Assembly: GCA_045611525.1 (NCBI GenBank)
Contig: JAZKXK010000086.1
Location: forward strand, 1-45,552
DNA from: Candidatus Scatosoma sp.
Lineage (GTDB): Bacteria > Bacillota > Clostridia > Christensenellales > Borkfalkiaceae
Direction: 5' to 3'
Length of the DNA stretch: 45,552 nucleotides
Shown piece by piece: positions 44,945 through 45,552 of the stretch. Position 1 is the stretch's first letter. Every line of letters begins with the position of its first letter. Below the pieces are notes generated by a model. That model saw only the letters and a program-made list of their open reading frames with translations, was not told where the DNA came from and ran no database searches. Made by a program: the position numbers and the translations under genes.

Positions 44945-45552
44945 ATGAAAACGATAGAAGCGACGAATTTTATTGAACAAATCATCAACGACGATATCGA
45001 GAACGGAAAGATTTCCGCGGTACAGACCCGCTTCCCCCCCGAACCCAACGGGTATTTGCATATCGGGCATATCAAGAGTATGCTCGTCAACTTCGGTACG
45101 GCGAATAAGTACGAGGGCAAGTGCAACCTCTTCTTCGACGATACCAACCCGTCCAAGGAAAAAACGGAATTCGTAGACGCTATCCGCAAGGATATCGAAT
45201 GGGTGGGCTACGGCTGGGCGAAGGAAGTGTATGCGTCCGATTTCTTCGATACCATTTACGAGTACGCGGAAAAGCTCATTACGGACGGCAAAGCCTTCGT
45301 TTGCGACCTTTCTCCCGAAGAAATCAGCGCAACGCGCGGTACGCTCACCGAAGCAGGCAAGGAGAGTCCGTACAGAAACCGTAGCGTGGAAGAAAATTTA
45401 CAACTTTTCAGAGAAATGAAAGCAGGGAAATATCCCGACGGGAGCAAGTGTTTGCGTGCAAAAATCGATATGAGCTCGCCGAATATGAATATGCGCGATC
45501 CCGTCATTTACCGTATTTTGCGTGCAACCCATCATCGCACGGGTGATGCGTG
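44945..45552 (+). CDS. glnS: Glutaminyl-tRNA synthetase, 5' partial (runs off the window)
   Basis: Hand translation gives [45 protein letters not shown]... (HIGH motif) and ...[18 protein letters not shown]. Absent from the ORF track because there is no stop codon within the window. Confidence 0.9.
   Translation, partial: MKTIEATNFIEQIINDDIENGKISAVQTRFPPEPNGYLHIGHIKSMLVNFGTANKYEGKCNLFFDDTNPSKEKTEFVDAIRKDIEWVGYGWAKEVYASDFFDTIYEYAEKLITDGKAFVCDLSPEEISATRGTLTEAGKESPYRNRSVEENLQLFREMKAGKYPDGSKCLRAKIDMSSPNMNMRDPVIYRILRATHHRTGDA

Overview
About 45.5 kb of chromosome from a roughly 50% GC Firmicutes/Clostridia-like bacterium. This placement is an inference from TGnTATAAT extended -10 promoters, GGAGG-type RBSs, and gyrB-gyrA at the left edge suggesting an origin-proximal position. 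Most of the window is housekeeping: gyrB, gyrA, a P-type ATPase, serS, a DEDDh exonuclease, an RsmB/F-type m5C methyltransferase, a HAD phosphatase, Ppx/GppA, maf, an mreB-like gene, an SbcD/SbcC-like (YhaO/YhaN-type) pair, an ABC transporter module, mnmA, tRNA-Arg(CCG), glyQS, fhs and the 5' part of glnS. Two large secreted lipoproteins are also present. Four things stand out. (1) At 25.87-26.68 kb there is a complete promoter-to-terminator unit of about 730 nt. It is purine-rich, has no real ORF and contains internal repeat modules, making it a candidate large ncRNA and/or micro-ORF array. (2) At 17.2-22.4 kb there is an AT-rich island. A roughly 600-bp block (HAD gene 3' end, terminator, promoter and the 5' third of a membrane-protein gene) is tandemly duplicated. 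This yields two paralogs with the same N-terminal module but unrelated C-terminal domains, each followed by its own private gene, which is a polymorphic toxin/immunity-like architecture. Copy 1 carries an in-frame TAG. (3) A repeat family is built from a constant 8-mer (GTGAATTG / CAATTCAC) alternating with short variable hairpins, arranged as a long interrupted palindrome. It has at least three good copies, two of which bracket an XRE gene pair. (4) A YwaF/TMEM164-like membrane domain is fused to an ABC ATPase, and a second stand-alone paralog lies nearby. No CRISPR array, rRNA, transposase or integrase is visible.
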